From the NCBI RefSeq assembly GCF_022846255.1, contig NZ_AP025682.1: DNA of 64,000 bases; one strand, 5' to 3'. A model generated the notes under the pieces. That model searched no databases. It was not told the DNA's origin and saw only the letters and a list, made by a program, of their open reading frames with translations. Below are positions 23,284 to 35,816 of the stretch, in pieces. The position numbers were made by a program, and so were the translations under genes. The stretch is from Escherichia coli. Lineage in GTDB: Bacteria > Pseudomonadota > Gammaproteobacteria > Enterobacterales > Enterobacteriaceae. The stretch's first letter is position 1. Every line of letters begins with the position of its first letter.

Positions 23284-25779
23284 ATGTTAACGATTCAATT
23301 TCTCTGTCCTTTGCCTAACGGTCTACATGCTCGTCCGGCGTGGGAACTTAAAGAACAGTGCAGCCAGTGGCAAAGCGAAATCACTTTTATTAACCATCGC
23401 CAGAACGCAAAGGCCGATGCGAAAAGCTCGCTGGCGCTGATTGGCACTGGCACTTTATTTAATGACAGTTGCAGCCTGAACATTAGCGGTAGCGATGAAG
23501 AGCAGGCGCGGCGAGTGCTGGAAGAGTATATCCAGGTGCGCTTTATCGACAGCGATAGCGTCCAGCCGACGCTGGCAGAACTGACGGCGCATCCGCTGCC
23601 GCGTTCATTAAGCCGCCTGAACCCGGATTTACTGTACGGCAACGTGCTGGCAAGCGGCGTTGGCGTGGGTACACTGACCCTGTTACAGAGCGACAGCCTC
23701 GACAGTTATCGGGCAATCCCCGCCAGTGCGCAAGATTCCACCCGGCTGGAGCACAGCCTGGCTACGCTTGCCGAGCAACTGAACCAGCAGCTGCGTGAGC
23801 GTGACGGCGAAAGCAAAACTATCCTCAGCGCCCATTTGTCGCTGATTCAGGATGATGAATTTGCAGGCAATATCCGTCGCCTTATGGCAGAACAGCATCA
23901 GGGACTGGGGGCGGCGATCATCAGCAATATGGAGCAGGTTTGCGCCAAACTATCTGCTTCTGCCAGCGATTATCTGCGCGAGCGGGTCAGCGACATTCGC
24001 GATATCAGCGAACAGTTGCTGCATATCACCTGGCCGGAACTGAAGCCGCGCAACAATCTGGTGCTGGAAAAACCGACTATTCTGGTGGCCGAGGATTTAA
24101 CCCCAAGCCAGTTTTTGAGCCTCGATTTAAAAAGTCTTGCGGGCATGATTCTGGAGAAAACCGGGCGCACCTCGCATACACTGATTCTGGCCCGTGCCTC
24201 GGCGATCCCGGTTCTTAGCGGCTTGCCGCTGGATGCGATCGCGCGCTATGCCGGGCAACCGGCAGTGCTTGACGCCCAGTGCGGCGTGCTGGCGATTAAC
24301 CCGAATGACGCGGTGAGCGGTTATTATCAGGTCGCGCAGACGCTGGCGGATAAACGCCAAAAACAACAGGCGCAGGCCGCCGCGCAGCTGGCCTATTCCC
24401 GTGATAACAAGCGTATTGATATTGCGGCGAATATCGGCACCGCTCTGGAAGCGCCAGGCGCGTTTGCCAACGGCGCGGAAGGTGTCGGGCTGTTCCGTAC
24501 CGAAATGCTCTATATGGATCGCGACAGCGCGCCGGACGAGCAGGAGCAATTTGAAGCCTACCAGCAGGTGCTACTGGCGGCGGGCGACAAGCCGATTATC
24601 TTCCGCACGATGGACATCGGCGGCGATAAAAGCATTCCTTATCTGAATATTCCCCAGGAAGAGAACCCGTTCCTCGGCTATCGCGCGGTACGTATTTACC
24701 CGGAATTTGCTGGCCTGTTTCGCACTCAACTGCGGGCGATTTTGCGCGCCGCCAGTTTCGGCAACGCCCAGTTGATGATCCCAATGGTCCACAGTCTCGA
24801 TCAGATCTTATGGGTGAAGGGTGAGATCCAAAAAGCGATCGTTGAGCTTAAGCGCGATGGCCTGCGTCATGCAGAGACGATTACGCTGGGTATCATGGTG
24901 GAAGTGCCGTCGGTGTGCTACATCATCGACCACTTCTGCGATGAGGTCGATTTCTTCAGTATCGGCTCCAACGATATGACCCAGTATCTGTATGCGGTCG
25001 ATCGTAATAACCCGCGCGTATCGCCGCTGTATAACCCGATTACGCCATCGTTCCTGCGCATGTTGCAGCAGATTGTTACCACAGCTCATCAGCGGGGTAA
25101 ATGGGTAGGTATTTGCGGTGAACTGGGCGGTGAAAGCCGTTATCTTCCGCTACTGCTTGGGCTGGGCCTGGACGAGCTGAGTATGAGTAGCCCGCGCATT
25201 CCGGCGGTGAAAAGCCAGCTTCGTCAACTGGATAGCGAGGCGTGTCGGGAACTGGCGCGTCAGGCATGTGAATGCCGCAGTGCGCAGGAAATTGAAGCGT
25301 TACTCACCGCCTTTACGCCGGAAGAAGACGTTCGCCCACTGCTGGCGCTGGAGAATATCTTTGTTGATCAGGCTTTTAGCAATAAAGAGCAGGCGATCCA
25401 GTTCCTGTGCGGCAACCTTGGCGTTAACGGGCGTACTGAACATCCGTTTGAGCTGGAAGAGGATGTCTGGCAGCGGGAAGAGATTGTTACTACTGGCGTT
25501 GGTTTTGGCGTGGCGATCCCGCACACCAAATCTCAGTGGATCCGTCATTCCAGTATCAGCATTGCCCGGCTGGTGAAACTGGTTGACTGGCAGTCAGAAA
25601 TGGGCGAAGTCGCACTGGTGATCATGCTGACACTGGGCGCTAACGAAGGGATGAATCATGTGAAAGTCTTCTCGCAGCTGGCGCGCAAACTGGTGAATAA
25701 AAACTTCCGCCAGTCGCTGTTTGCCGCGCAAGATGCACAAAGTATTCTGACGCTGCTGGAAACGGAATTAACCTTCTGA
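23284..25779 (+). CDS. fryA: PTS multiphosphoryl transfer protein (HPr-EI-EIIA fusion)
   Basis: 831-aa ORF with HPr-like N-terminus, enzyme I core and fructose-type EIIA C-terminus. Confidence 0.88.
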   Translation: MLTIQFLCPLPNGLHARPAWELKEQCSQWQSEITFINHRQNAKADAKSSLALIGTGTLFNDSCSLNISGSDEEQARRVLEEYIQVRFIDSDSVQPTLAELTAHPLPRSLSRLNPDLLYGNVLASGVGVGTLTLLQSDSLDSYRAIPASAQDSTRLEHSLATLAEQLNQQLRERDGESKTILSAHLSLIQDDEFAGNIRRLMAEQHQGLGAAIISNMEQVCAKLSASASDYLRERVSDIRDISEQLLHITWPELKPRNNLVLEKPTILVAEDLTPSQFLSLDLKSLAGMILEKTGRTSHTLILARASAIPVLSGLPLDAIARYAGQPAVLDAQCGVLAINPNDAVSGYYQVAQTLADKRQKQQAQAAAQLAYSRDNKRIDIAANIGTALEAPGAFANGAEGVGLFRTEMLYMDRDSAPDEQEQFEAYQQVLLAAGDKPIIFRTMDIGGDKSIPYLNIPQEENPFLGYRAVRIYPEFAGLFRTQLRAILRAASFGNAQLMIPMVHSLDQILWVKGEIQKAIVELKRDGLRHAETITLGIMVEVPSVCYIIDHFCDEVDFFSIGSNDMTQYLYAVDRNNPRVSPLYNPITPSFLRMLQQIVTTAHQRGKWVGICGELGGESRYLPLLLGLGLDELSMSSPRIPAVKSQLRQLDSEACRELARQACECRSAQEIEALLTAFTPEEDVRPLLALENIFVDQAFSNKEQAIQFLCGNLGVNGRTEHPFELEEDVWQREEIVTTGVGFGVAIPHTKSQWIRHSSISIARLVKLVDWQSEMGEVALVIMLTLGANEGMNHVKVFSQLARKLVNKNFRQSLFAAQDAQSILTLLETELTF

Positions 25780-25781
25780 CG

Positions 25782-26639
25782 TTAGCCCTGAAAACGTGCG
25801 CTATACTCTCCCGGCGTCAGACCAAACTGACGCCGGAAAACGCGACAAAAATAGTCGCTATCCGGAAACCCGCAACGCTGCGCCACTTCATGAATCGACA
25901 GATGATATTTTTGCAAAATCATCCTCGCTTTTGCCATTCGTACCCAGCGAACATACTCGATAAAACGCATTGTTCCATGCTGAGCAAACAGTTTTGACAG
26001 ATGATTTGGCGTGATATTAAAAAACTGCGCCACGCTCTCGCGAGTAAGCGGTTGCGCATAATTATCCTGAACCCAGTTACAAATGCTGTGATAGAGAAAA
26101 TCGCCGCGCGGCTGCGAATTGCCCGGCGGCATATTCACCACGTTGCGGCAAAGATGCAGCAAACTTAACACCAGTGGCTGAATGATATTTTGCTTCAGCG
26201 GCGAACGGCTAAGATGGGTGAGGGCAGTAAGCATTGCTTCACCTTCGCCGCGTTGCAGGCTGGGAAGTTGGATCTGGCGAGCAGGATGCAACAACGACGT
26301 GGTGCGGCTATCGTAAAACGATAACCCAAGCCAGGTCGGCGCGAATACCAGGCTTAACAGCATTACCGGTTTGTTGTTGACCGGTAAATTAGCCGCGCGC
26401 GCTGGAATAAACAGCATTTCTCCTTCCACCATACGCTGCTGCTTTGCTTCCAGCAGGTTGCCGTATTCGCCGCGTAGCACGATATCCAGACGGGGAAAAT
26501 CAATACATAAACTGCCCACCGGCAATGAGGCAGGCAGGCTGGCAAACCAGACGCACCCAAGGAGTTGCGGGTTAAGCACCAGGCCGCTGAACAGATCGGC
26601 GAAAAATTGTTGATCGGCGGGCAAGCCTGGTGCTTTCAT
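25782..26639 (-). CDS. ypdC: AraC-family transcriptional regulator
   Basis: 285-aa ORF with C-terminal AraC HTH. Confidence 0.8.
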   Translation of the reverse strand: MKAPGLPADQQFFADLFSGLVLNPQLLGCVWFASLPASLPVGSLCIDFPRLDIVLRGEYGNLLEAKQQRMVEGEMLFIPARAANLPVNNKPVMLLSLVFAPTWLGLSFYDSRTTSLLHPARQIQLPSLQRGEGEAMLTALTHLSRSPLKQNIIQPLVLSLLHLCRNVVNMPPGNSQPRGDFLYHSICNWVQDNYAQPLTRESVAQFFNITPNHLSKLFAQHGTMRFIEYVRWVRMAKARMILQKYHLSIHEVAQRCGFPDSDYFCRVFRRQFGLTPGEYSARFQG

Positions 26640-26651
26640 GAAAGTTCCCGA

Positions 26652-27389
26652 TTACAGATGCATTAACTGGCGGAATTCTTTAACTTTGCTACGGCTGACC
26701 GGCACTTCAAAATCCAGATCTTTCAGCCGCAGAATGTAGGTGTTATTAAACCACGGTTCGATTTCGCGTATTTTGTTCAGATTGACACAAAATGAGCGAT
26801 GGCAGCGGAAAAAATGCGACGGCGGCAGCTTGCTGCAAAACTCGGTAATGTTCATCGGCATTACGTAGGATTCACGCCGCGTATAGACAAAGGTCATTTT
26901 CTCGTGCGCTTCGGCGTAATAGATATCGTTAATTGGCGTGACGATGATTCGCTCATCTTTCACCAGATTAATGGTGTCATTCTCACGCGTTACCGTCGCG
27001 GCAGGCGTCGTACTGCTGGTCTGCTGTTGTTGCCAGGCTGCTTCCAGTTTTTGCAGCATCCCGGTAATGCGTGATTCCTGATACGGTTTGAGAATGTAGT
27101 CAAACGCTTCCAGTTCAAATGCTTCCACCGCATGTTCTTTCCACGCGGTGATGAACACAATAAACGGTTTATGGGCGAACTGGCTGATGTTTTGCGCCAG
27201 CAACACACCGTCCAGCGACGGAATATTGATATCCAGAAAAATGGCGTCGACGCGGTTATGCTGCAAAAACTTCAACACGTCCAGACCGTCGTCAAAGGTG
27301 CCGACAATCTCCATCTGGCTGTGCTCTTTAATTAGCCAGCTCAGTTCCTGTTGTGCCAGGAATTCGTCTTCAACAATGATGACTTTCAC
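26652..27389 (-). CDS. ypdB: LytTR-family response regulator
   Basis: Receiver domain plus LytTR DNA-binding domain; start set at the GTG giving (M)KVIIVEDE; track ORF runs to 27407. Confidence 0.75.
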   Translation of the reverse strand: MKVIIVEDEFLAQQELSWLIKEHSQMEIVGTFDDGLDVLKFLQHNRVDAIFLDINIPSLDGVLLAQNISQFAHKPFIVFITAWKEHAVEAFELEAFDYILKPYQESRITGMLQKLEAAWQQQQTSSTTPAATVTRENDTINLVKDERIIVTPINDIYYAEAHEKMTFVYTRRESYVMPMNITEFCSKLPPSHFFRCHRSFCVNLNKIREIEPWFNNTYILRLKDLDFEVPVSRSKVKEFRQLMHL

Positions 27390-27403
27390 AATATCACTCC
27401 GGC

Positions 27404-29101
27404 TCAAAGCAATAAGGTAGCCTGTGAGGCGACTGGGGTGCGTTGGTTAGGAATGTAAAACGCAATTTCCGTTCCTGGTTCCAGGCGGCGGATATGCAGC
27501 CCCTCGCCATACAATAACTTCACGCGATGATGGACATTCAGCAGGCCAATTTTATTGCCCGGCATTTCGTTCGCTTCGACCCGCTCAATCACCTTTGGAT
27601 CGATGCCGTGCCCGGTATCTCGCACCGCAATGCGTACCCGATTACCGCACTCAGCAACGCTGATGGTGACAACGCCTTTACCTTTGCAAGGCTGGATACC
27701 GTGGACAATGGCGTTTTCCACCAACGGCTGGATCAGCAGGCTGGGAATGCAGCAATTCACCTCTTCATCAATATCATAGATAACCGTCAGCTTGTCGCCA
27801 AAGCGGGCCTGCTCAATGGCAATATAGTCTTTAATTTGATACAGCTCTTTTTTGATATCGATTTGCTCATCGTCTTTTAATTCAATGTTATAGCGCAGAT
27901 AGCGCGACAAATTAAAGATCAGCTGGCGAGCAGTATCCGGATTCAGACGGATTGACGATGAAATAGCGTTCAAAGCGTTAAACAGGAAATGGGGATTAAT
28001 TTTGCTTTGCAGGGCGCGAAGCTCTGCCTTATTTGCCATTTCACGCAGCTGCTCAGCGCGCGAAACCTCCAGTTGCGTGGAGATGATTTGTGACAGACCG
28101 ACCGCCATTTCCTGTAATGACGAGGTTATCTGATGCGCGTGGCAGTAGTAAATTTTCAGCGTTCCGGTCACAACGCCTTTCTCCCACAATGGGATCACCA
28201 GCATGGAATGAATCTCTGGTGTGCGGTGGGCTTCATCATTGTTTTTAATGATGATTTTTCCATAATTCATCGCCTGACGGGTAGTCGGGCTAATGAAGTC
28301 ATCGCCATTCTGATAGTTATGTTCACCCACGCCAACGTAGGCCAGCACATGATCGGTATTAGTCATCGCCACCGCATCGGCGTGAATATCATCGCGGATA
28401 ATTTCGCAGACCTTGCGTAATGACTCGCTATTGACATGGCGAAACAGCGGCAGTGTTTTGTTGGCGATATCCAGCGCCAGCTTGGCCTGCCGCGCGGCGC
28501 TGGCCTCTTTTTCTCCCTCAACACTTTGTACCAGCAACACAATAAAGCCGATACAGACGCTGCCGAGGATCATTGGAATCCCGATTTTAGAGACGATATC
28601 GATCCCCAATGCGGTAGTTGGTGCCCAGACAATCACCAGAATCATGGTCAACGTTTCACACAACATGCCGCCGAGAATACCGACGCGCCAGCGCTGTGCT
28701 TTGGGGATTTTCAGGTTGATCCAGCCCGATATACAACCCGCCAGAATGCTGGTGATAAAGCAGGGGATCGCCGTCACGCCGCCGATGTCAATTAAATAAC
28801 GGTGAATACCCGCAATCACGCCGGTAATGATGCCCACCCACGGGCCAAACAGAATCCCGCCTGACATCACCGCGATAATACGTACGTTCACCAGCGAGCC
28901 TTCTACGGGAACGCCGGACCAGGTGCTGAACAGGGCGAACAGCGAGAAAATGGCGGTAACGGCGAGCAGCTCTTTCGGTGAGTGTGCCGACTTGTGCAAC
29001 AGTTCGCGAAACAGGCGGATACGGATGAGAAAAAACAGGCAGATAAGCATTAACGCAGCCCGATCGAAGACCGCCAGCAGCATGTTGAATATTTCGTGCA
29101 C
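27404..29101 (-). CDS. ypdA: LytS-type sensor histidine kinase
   Basis: 565-aa ORF with multi-TM N-terminus, GAF-like middle and histidine-kinase ATPase C-terminus. Confidence 0.85.
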   Translation of the reverse strand: MHEIFNMLLAVFDRAALMLICLFFLIRIRLFRELLHKSAHSPKELLAVTAIFSLFALFSTWSGVPVEGSLVNVRIIAVMSGGILFGPWVGIITGVIAGIHRYLIDIGGVTAIPCFITSILAGCISGWINLKIPKAQRWRVGILGGMLCETLTMILVIVWAPTTALGIDIVSKIGIPMILGSVCIGFIVLLVQSVEGEKEASAARQAKLALDIANKTLPLFRHVNSESLRKVCEIIRDDIHADAVAMTNTDHVLAYVGVGEHNYQNGDDFISPTTRQAMNYGKIIIKNNDEAHRTPEIHSMLVIPLWEKGVVTGTLKIYYCHAHQITSSLQEMAVGLSQIISTQLEVSRAEQLREMANKAELRALQSKINPHFLFNALNAISSSIRLNPDTARQLIFNLSRYLRYNIELKDDEQIDIKKELYQIKDYIAIEQARFGDKLTVIYDIDEEVNCCIPSLLIQPLVENAIVHGIQPCKGKGVVTISVAECGNRVRIAVRDTGHGIDPKVIERVEANEMPGNKIGLLNVHHRVKLLYGEGLHIRRLEPGTEIAFYIPNQRTPVASQATLLL

Positions 29102-29477
29102 GGGTGACTCTGAATAAGGATTAAACCTCTATGATAGGTAACCTGAAGGCTGATGACCAGCAGGCCTTTTTTGAGGAAAAACCATAATTTTAAAAGGGGA
29201 TTGAAAGATAAATGGTGTATTAGCAATGCATCTCTTGATAATGCACATCCGTTTGGTAAATTTATTGAAATTATAATGTTAATAAAATGAGTGGTAATTT
29301 TCTTGTTAGCGTAGATAAATTTCCTGTTTTTGAAGTGGAGTTCCTCATTTAAAGCCATTGATAAAAATGTTCTAAAACGCTGGACAGACAGAAATTAATC
29401 AGGCTATTTTCAAAACAGCCACCATCGTGGCAGCGTCGCTCGGACGGTCCGGGCGCTAACGTTAATCTGAGGAAATT

Positions 29478-30716
29478 ATGGCTGACACTCGCCCTGAACG
29501 TCGCTTTACGCGTATTGATCGTCTCCCGCCCTACGTTTTTAACATTACCGCTGAACTGAAAATGGCTGCGCGTCGGCGCGGCGAAGATATTATCGATTTC
29601 AGTATGGGTAACCCGGACGGTGCGACTTCGCCGCATATCGTCGAAAAATTATGTACGGTGGCCCAGCGCCCGGACACGCATGGTTACTCCACTTCACGCG
29701 GCATTCCGCGGTTACGTCGCGCCATTTCCCGCTGGTATCAGGATCGCTACGACGTTGAAATCGACCCGGAATCAGAAGCCATCGTCACTATTGGTTCGAA
29801 AGAGGGCCTGGCGCATCTGATGCTGGCGACGCTGGATCATGGTGACACAGTGCTGGTGCCGAATCCAAGCTACCCCATTCATATTTATGGCGCGGTGATT
29901 GCCGGGGCGCAGGTACGCTCAGTGCCGCTGGTGGAAGGTGTCGATTTCTTCAACGAACTGGAACGTGCCATTCGCGAAAGTTATCCGAAACCGAAGATGA
30001 TGATCCTCGGCTTCCCGTCGAATCCAACCGCGCAATGCGTGGAGCTGGAGTTCTTCGAAAAGGTTGTGGCGCTGGCGAAACGCTACGATGTGCTGGTGGT
30101 CCACGACCTGGCCTATGCCGATATCGTCTACGATGGCTGGAAAGCGCCGTCAATCATGCAGGTGCCAGGTGCACGCGACGTGGCGGTCGAGTTCTTTACG
30201 CTGTCGAAAAGCTACAACATGGCGGGCTGGCGTATCGGCTTTATGGTCGGTAACAAAACGCTGGTCAGCGCGTTGGCACGTATTAAAAGCTATCACGATT
30301 ACGGCACCTTTACGCCGTTGCAGGTGGCGGCTATTGCGGCGCTGGAGGGCGATCAACAGTGCGTGCGTGATATTGCCGAACAGTACAAACGCCGCCGTGA
30401 TGTGCTGGTGAAAGGGCTGCATGAAGCGGGCTGGATGGTCGAAATGCCGAAGGCTTCGATGTATGTCTGGGCGAAAATCCCGGAACCATATGCTGCTATG
30501 GGCTCGCTGGAATTTGCCAAGAAGCTGCTGAACGAAGCGAAGGTCTGTGTCTCTCCGGGGATTGGCTTTGGCGACTACGGCGACACGCATGTTCGCTTTG
30601 CACTGATTGAAAACCGCGACCGTATTCGTCAGGCGATTCGTGGGATTAAAGCGATGTTCCGTGCCGATGGTTTACTACCCGCCAGCAGCAAACATATTCA
30701 CGAAAACGCGGAATAA
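29478..30716 (+). CDS. alaC: glutamate-pyruvate aminotransferase (class I aminotransferase)
   Basis: 412-aa ORF with PLP-lysine context [12 protein letters not shown]. Confidence 0.88.
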   Translation: MADTRPERRFTRIDRLPPYVFNITAELKMAARRRGEDIIDFSMGNPDGATSPHIVEKLCTVAQRPDTHGYSTSRGIPRLRRAISRWYQDRYDVEIDPESEAIVTIGSKEGLAHLMLATLDHGDTVLVPNPSYPIHIYGAVIAGAQVRSVPLVEGVDFFNELERAIRESYPKPKMMILGFPSNPTAQCVELEFFEKVVALAKRYDVLVVHDLAYADIVYDGWKAPSIMQVPGARDVAVEFFTLSKSYNMAGWRIGFMVGNKTLVSALARIKSYHDYGTFTPLQVAAIAALEGDQQCVRDIAEQYKRRRDVLVKGLHEAGWMVEMPKASMYVWAKIPEPYAAMGSLEFAKKLLNEAKVCVSPGIGFGDYGDTHVRFALIENRDRIRQAIRGIKAMFRADGLLPASSKHIHENAE

Positions 30717-30779
30717 CGCCTTCGCCAGAAATGCAAACAGGAGCCTGATGGCTCCTGTTTTTCATTGCACAGTTTGCTT

Positions 30780-30851
30780 TTAGATCATCAGGGCAAAAGT
30801 ACCGGCCCAAACGATGACCATAAAAGAAATGCCCATAAAGAAATATTTCAC
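30780..30851 (-). CDS. ypdK: small membrane protein YpdK (23 aa, GTG start)
   Basis: Minus-strand micro-ORF encoding (M)KYFFMGISFMVIVWAGTFALMI just after alaC; matches my recollection of K-12 ypdK. Confidence 0.45.
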   Translation of the reverse strand: MKYFFMGISFMVIVWAGTFALMI

Positions 30852-31206
30852 TTTACATCTCTCCGCGTAATTACTGTTACGCCTGAATGACTTCATTACA
30901 CCTGATACAGTGAGTTGACACCGGGTAAAACGACCTTAAAAGTCCTGTATTTTACCGTGGGCATCACCCCAGAATTCTGAGCTAAACTGCTCGAGACGGC
31001 GCTAATGTACGCCTAAAACTGAAACGAGACAAGAGGCATTTTCTTATTTACTTTTAGTAACTTACAGGTGTCTCATATCGGCGACAGTTTAATTTCTGAC
31101 GGTAATAATTAGAGATTCAGCGAAGGAAAAAACCTTAAGAAAAAAGCCATAAAAACCATGAGGTTATTATGGCTGATTTGAGGAGGGAAAGAGTAAGAGC
31201 CGTTTG

Positions 31207-32127
31207 TTAAATGTATAGCGACGATTCTCCCACCGGGCGCGTTTTAAAGCGACGGTGGATCCAGAGGTACTGCTCCGGTGCGCGCATGATCTCTTTTTCG
31301 ATAATCTTGTTCATATAGGCAGCGGCTTGATTTTCATCTGCCGGGTAGCCTTCCATCTCTGGGGTGATGTACAAACGATATCCGCTGTAATCTGCTTTTC
31401 TTACCATCGTTACGGTTAACATGGCTGCGCCAGAGAGACGTGAAAGGACATACGTGCCATTGGTTGTGGCGACATTTTCCACCGCAAAGAACGGCGCGAA
31501 GGAGCTGCCTTTACGACCATAATCCTGATCGGGAGCAAACCATACCGCTTCACCTTTCTTCAGTGCACTGACAATGCCGCGCAGATTATTTCTGCCGATC
31601 ATCGCTTTGTTAGAGCGCATGCGACCACGGGTCTGCACCCATTCCATCAGCTGATTATTATGCGGGCGATAGGTGGCCATCATTGGTTGGCAAAGTCCCA
31701 TCACCCGACCGCCCAGTTCCAGCGACATAAAATGGACGCCGACAACCATTACGCCGCGATTTTGCATTTGTGCGCGTTTAAGGTTATCCAGCCCTTCCAC
31801 ATCAAACCATTTACGTACGCGACTGTCGGGCCAGAACCACGCCATGCCGGTTTCTACCAGCGCCATGCCGAGTGAACGAAAGTTTTCGGCAATCATCTTC
31901 TCGCGCTCTTTCGCAGAATGCTGCGGGAAACAAAGTTCCAGGTTTTTACGGGCGATAGATTCACGACGTTTCAGGAATGGTCGCGCCATTGTGCCGATAC
32001 GCGTGCCGAGAAAGCAGAGAACAGGATAAGGAAGCTGTACCCAAAGCCAGAGTACACCAAGCCCAAACCACGTGAGCCAGTAGCGAGGATGCAGAAACTC
32101 GCGGGAAAATTTGCATTTTGGAAACAT
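31207..32127 (-). CDS. lpxP: lipid A palmitoleoyltransferase (LpxL/LpxM family)
   Basis: Track ORF 31207..32193 trimmed to Met-23 (306 aa); lauroyl/myristoyl acyltransferase family features. Confidence 0.85.
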   Translation of the reverse strand: MFPKCKFSREFLHPRYWLTWFGLGVLWLWVQLPYPVLCFLGTRIGTMARPFLKRRESIARKNLELCFPQHSAKEREKMIAENFRSLGMALVETGMAWFWPDSRVRKWFDVEGLDNLKRAQMQNRGVMVVGVHFMSLELGGRVMGLCQPMMATYRPHNNQLMEWVQTRGRMRSNKAMIGRNNLRGIVSALKKGEAVWFAPDQDYGRKGSSFAPFFAVENVATTNGTYVLSRLSGAAMLTVTMVRKADYSGYRLYITPEMEGYPADENQAAAYMNKIIEKEIMRAPEQYLWIHRRFKTRPVGESSLYI

Positions 32128-32479
32128 AGTTACCTTCTGTAGATACGAATTGTTGTATCGCAGAAGATTCCATGTCGACAGCGGTACACTCAATTGATTA
32201 GGCCATCATGTACGACAATGGTTCCTGTAAAGAGTGTAAAGACTAGTCAGGACATAACCACGAGGAGCATGAATGCGGTATCTGTACTTTATCACTCGCT
32301 GACTGCTTTCAGCTACTGATTATTAATCGTGCAAAGTAAATATTTTTCCGTACGTAACAGTCTTGCATTTAACATGCTGTTTTGATTGATGCTTAGCAAA
32401 AATTGCCAGAGGTTAAGGATTGTCTTACTATTAAAGTGACTGAAGTTACAGGTTTTTTAGCGCGGCAGGAGGTTGAGCT

Positions 32480-32722
32480 ATGATTTATTTATGGATGTTT
32501 CTCGCCCTGTGTATTGTCTGCGTAAGCGGATACATCGGTCAGGTACTGAACATGGTATCGGCGATCTCTTCTTTCTTCGGCATGGTGATCCTCGCTGCAC
32601 TCATTTATTACTTCACCATGTGGTTAACTGGCGGTAATGAACTGGTGACGGGGATATTTATGTTTCTTGCCCCGGCTTGTGGCTTGATGATTCGCTTTAT
32701 GGTGGGGTATGGCAGGCGATAG
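32480..32722 (+). CDS. yfdY: small inner-membrane protein YfdY (80 aa)
   Basis: Two-TM hydrophobic ORF; position matches K-12. Confidence 0.65.
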   Translation: MIYLWMFLALCIVCVSGYIGQVLNMVSAISSFFGMVILAALIYYFTMWLTGGNELVTGIFMFLAPACGLMIRFMVGYGRR

Positions 32723-32798
32723 TGGGTCAGGATGGCTCATTTGGGCAGGTGTTCACATCAGCATCAGACATGATTGTTCACCTGCCAGGTGACAGACG

Positions 32799-33074
32799 CT
32801 ATCGCAAAGGATGAATGAGATAATTCGCCTTTGTCGGATAAGTAGACGTGATGTCTTCTGTGAGGTTTAATGGTGGTGCATCTTCTCTCATCTTAAACAA
32901 AATCGCCTGTGATGGCTGAAGTTTTGTAGAATGCGTTGTCGTCATCACTGACGTTTTTTCTGTCTCTTTATAGCTCGCCTCACTACCACCACCAGAAATA
33001 GAAAATGCAAAAACATTGCATGCCATAATAGAGACAAATAAAAATAAGCTAAAAAGCATTAAGTTTACTTTCAT
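32799..33074 (-). CDS. ypdI: small secreted protein/lipoprotein YpdI (91 aa)
   Basis: Signal peptide MKVNLMLFSLFLFVSIMAC; position matches K-12. Confidence 0.6.
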   Translation of the reverse strand: MKVNLMLFSLFLFVSIMACNVFAFSISGGGSEASYKETEKTSVMTTTHSTKLQPSQAILFKMREDAPPLNLTEDITSTYPTKANYLIHPLR

Positions 33075-33368
33075 AGAAAATATCCTGAAAATGGTTCACT
33101 GAAAACCTACGATGTTATGGCTGTATTTATATTTAATTAATCAGTATTTACATCGATATAATAAATGACATATCTTTGTGGTATATAAGAATAGTTCTCT
33201 GCGACAGGAAGCAGATTCCTACAACTGTAAGACTAAAAGCGGCTTTGCGATAATAACTACAGTTGTAAGATAACCCTTTCAAAATGTCCGTTGCTCTCTG
33301 ATTTCTCATTTCATGCTCACCCAATATGATGGCGGCGTTTTCTAAAACTGTTAAAGAATGAGGTAAGT

Positions 33369-34001
33369 ATGAAACGTTTAATTATGGCTACTATGGTCAC
33401 AGCAATTCTGGCATCTTCAACTGTATGGGCTGCTGATAATGCACCGGTAGCGGCACAACAGCAAACTCAGCAAGTTAAGCAAACCCAGAAAACGGCAGCA
33501 GCAGAGCGTATCTCTGAACAAGGTTTATATGCGATGCGTGACGTGCAGGTAGCGCGCCTGGCTCTGTTTCATGGCGATCCGGAAAAGGCAAAAGAACTGA
33601 CCAATGAAGCTTCCGCTTTGCTGTCAGATGATAGTACCGAATGGGCAAAGTTCGCTAAGCCAGGTAAAAAGACCAACGTCAATGATGACCAATATATTGT
33701 CATTAATGCATCTGTCGGAATTTCTGAGAGTTATGTAGCGACACCCGAAAAAGAAGCCGCGATAAAAATTGCCAACGAAAAAATGGCGAAAGGGGATAAA
33801 AAGGGTGCAATGGAAGAGCTTCGCCTGGCCGGTGTTGGTGTAATGGAAAACCAATATTTGATGCCGCTTAAACAGACTCGTAATGCACTTGCTGATGCGC
33901 AGAAACTGCTTGATAAAAAGCAATACTACGAGGCAAACCTGGCGCTTAAAGGTGCGGAAGATGGAATCATCGTTGATAGCGAAGCACTGTTTGTGAACTA
34001 A
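33369..34001 (+). CDS. yfdX: periplasmic protein YfdX
   Basis: 210-aa ORF with signal peptide; first gene of the yfdX-frc-oxc-yfdV-yfdE cluster. Confidence 0.8.
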   Translation: MKRLIMATMVTAILASSTVWAADNAPVAAQQQTQQVKQTQKTAAAERISEQGLYAMRDVQVARLALFHGDPEKAKELTNEASALLSDDSTEWAKFAKPGKKTNVNDDQYIVINASVGISESYVATPEKEAAIKIANEKMAKGDKKGAMEELRLAGVGVMENQYLMPLKQTRNALADAQKLLDKKQYYEANLALKGAEDGIIVDSEALFVN

Positions 34002-34512
34002 ACCTGACAGGCAATATATTGAGGTAAAGGATTTAACTCCCTCCAGTCGACAATTTTTTATGACCACAATACGACAGGTTGTGGTCATAAAATTATTTGG
34101 CGCTCGCGGTGCTATAAACTCGCATTTTATCTTCCTCAAAGTAAACCGCAATAATCCCATATTATCACAAATCATTTATTATGTTATATTTTATGGTACG
34201 CTTTAAATAGTGTAATCATAACCTTACTTGTAAATCACTGACACTTCTTACAGTTGTAAGAATAACATCACAAATGTCGCGGCTCTCTCTGATTACCGCG
34301 AACCAATATTTATTATATTCTTCTTTTCGTCCTCACTACTTACCATGCAGAAAGGAATTGGAAGTAGCGATGAAATGATTTTCAGCACTTGATACAGGAA
34401 TTTAAAAATATCGAGTGCAGCTACGACGATATTTTGCAGATTATTTATAGAGGCGTTATGCCTTAAATAAACGCTAAATTAACACATATTTAATTAACTA
34501 ATAGGTATTGCT

Positions 34513-35763
34513 ATGTCAACTCCACTTCAAGGAATTAAAGTTCTCGATTTCACCGGTGTGCAATCTGGCCCATCTTGTACTCAAATGCTGGCCTGGTTTG
34601 GCGCTGACGTCATTAAAATTGAACGTCCCGGCGTTGGTGACGTAACGCGCCACCAGCTGCGAGATATTCCTGATATCGATGCGCTTTACTTCACCATGCT
34701 TAACAGTAACAAACGTTCTATTGAATTAAATACCAAAACAGCGGAAGGCAAAGAGGTAATGGAAAAGCTGATCCGCGAAGCTGATATCTTAGTCGAGAAC
34801 TTTCATCCAGGGGCCATTGATCATATGGGCTTCACCTGGGAGCATATTCAAGAAATCAATCCACGTCTGATTTTTGGTTCGATCAAAGGGTTTGATGAGT
34901 GTTCGCCTTATGTGAATGTAAAAGCCTATGAAAACGTTGCTCAGGCAGCGGGTGGCGCGGCATCTACTACAGGTTTTTGGGACGGTCCGCCGCTGGTAAG
35001 CGCTGCAGCGTTGGGTGACAGCAACACCGGAATGCATTTGCTGATCGGTTTACTTGCTGCTTTGCTGCATCGCGAAAAAACGGGGCGTGGGCAACGAGTC
35101 ACCATGTCAATGCAGGATGCCGTGTTGAACCTTTGCCGCGTGAAATTACGCGACCAGCAGCGTCTCGATAAGTTGGGGTATCTGGAAGAATACCCGCAGT
35201 ATCCGAATGGCACATTTGGTGATGCAGTTCCCCGCGGTGGTAATGCGGGTGGTGGCGGTCAGCCTGGCTGGATCCTGAAATGTAAAGGCTGGGAAACCGA
35301 TCCTAACGCCTATATTTATTTCACTATTCAGGAGCAAAACTGGGAAAACACCTGTAAAGCCATCGGCAAACCAGAATGGATTACCGATCCGGCATACAGT
35401 ACAGCCCATGCCCGACAGCCACATATTTTCGATATTTTTGCTGAAATCGAAAAATACACTGTCACTATTGATAAACATGAAGCTGTGGCCTATTTGACTC
35501 AGTTTGATATTCCTTGTGCACCGGTTTTAAGTATGAAAGAAATTTCACTTGATCCCTCTTTGCGCCAAAGTGGCAGTGTTGTCGAAGTGGAACAACCGTT
35601 GCGTGGAAAATATCTGACAGTTGGTTGTCCAATGAAATTCTCTGCCTTTACGCCGGATATTAAAGCTGCTCCGCTATTAGGTGAACATACCGCTGCTGTA
35701 TTGCAGGAGCTGGGTTATAGCGACGATGAAATTGCTGCAATGAAGCAAAACCACGCCATCTGA
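34513..35763 (+). CDS. frc: formyl-CoA:oxalate CoA-transferase
   Basis: 416-aa family III CoA-transferase directly upstream of oxc. Confidence 0.88.
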
Positions 35764-35816
35764 TATTAACGGGGGCTTCTGGCTCCCAATTTATAAAAAT
35801 TTCGAGGTTATTAATC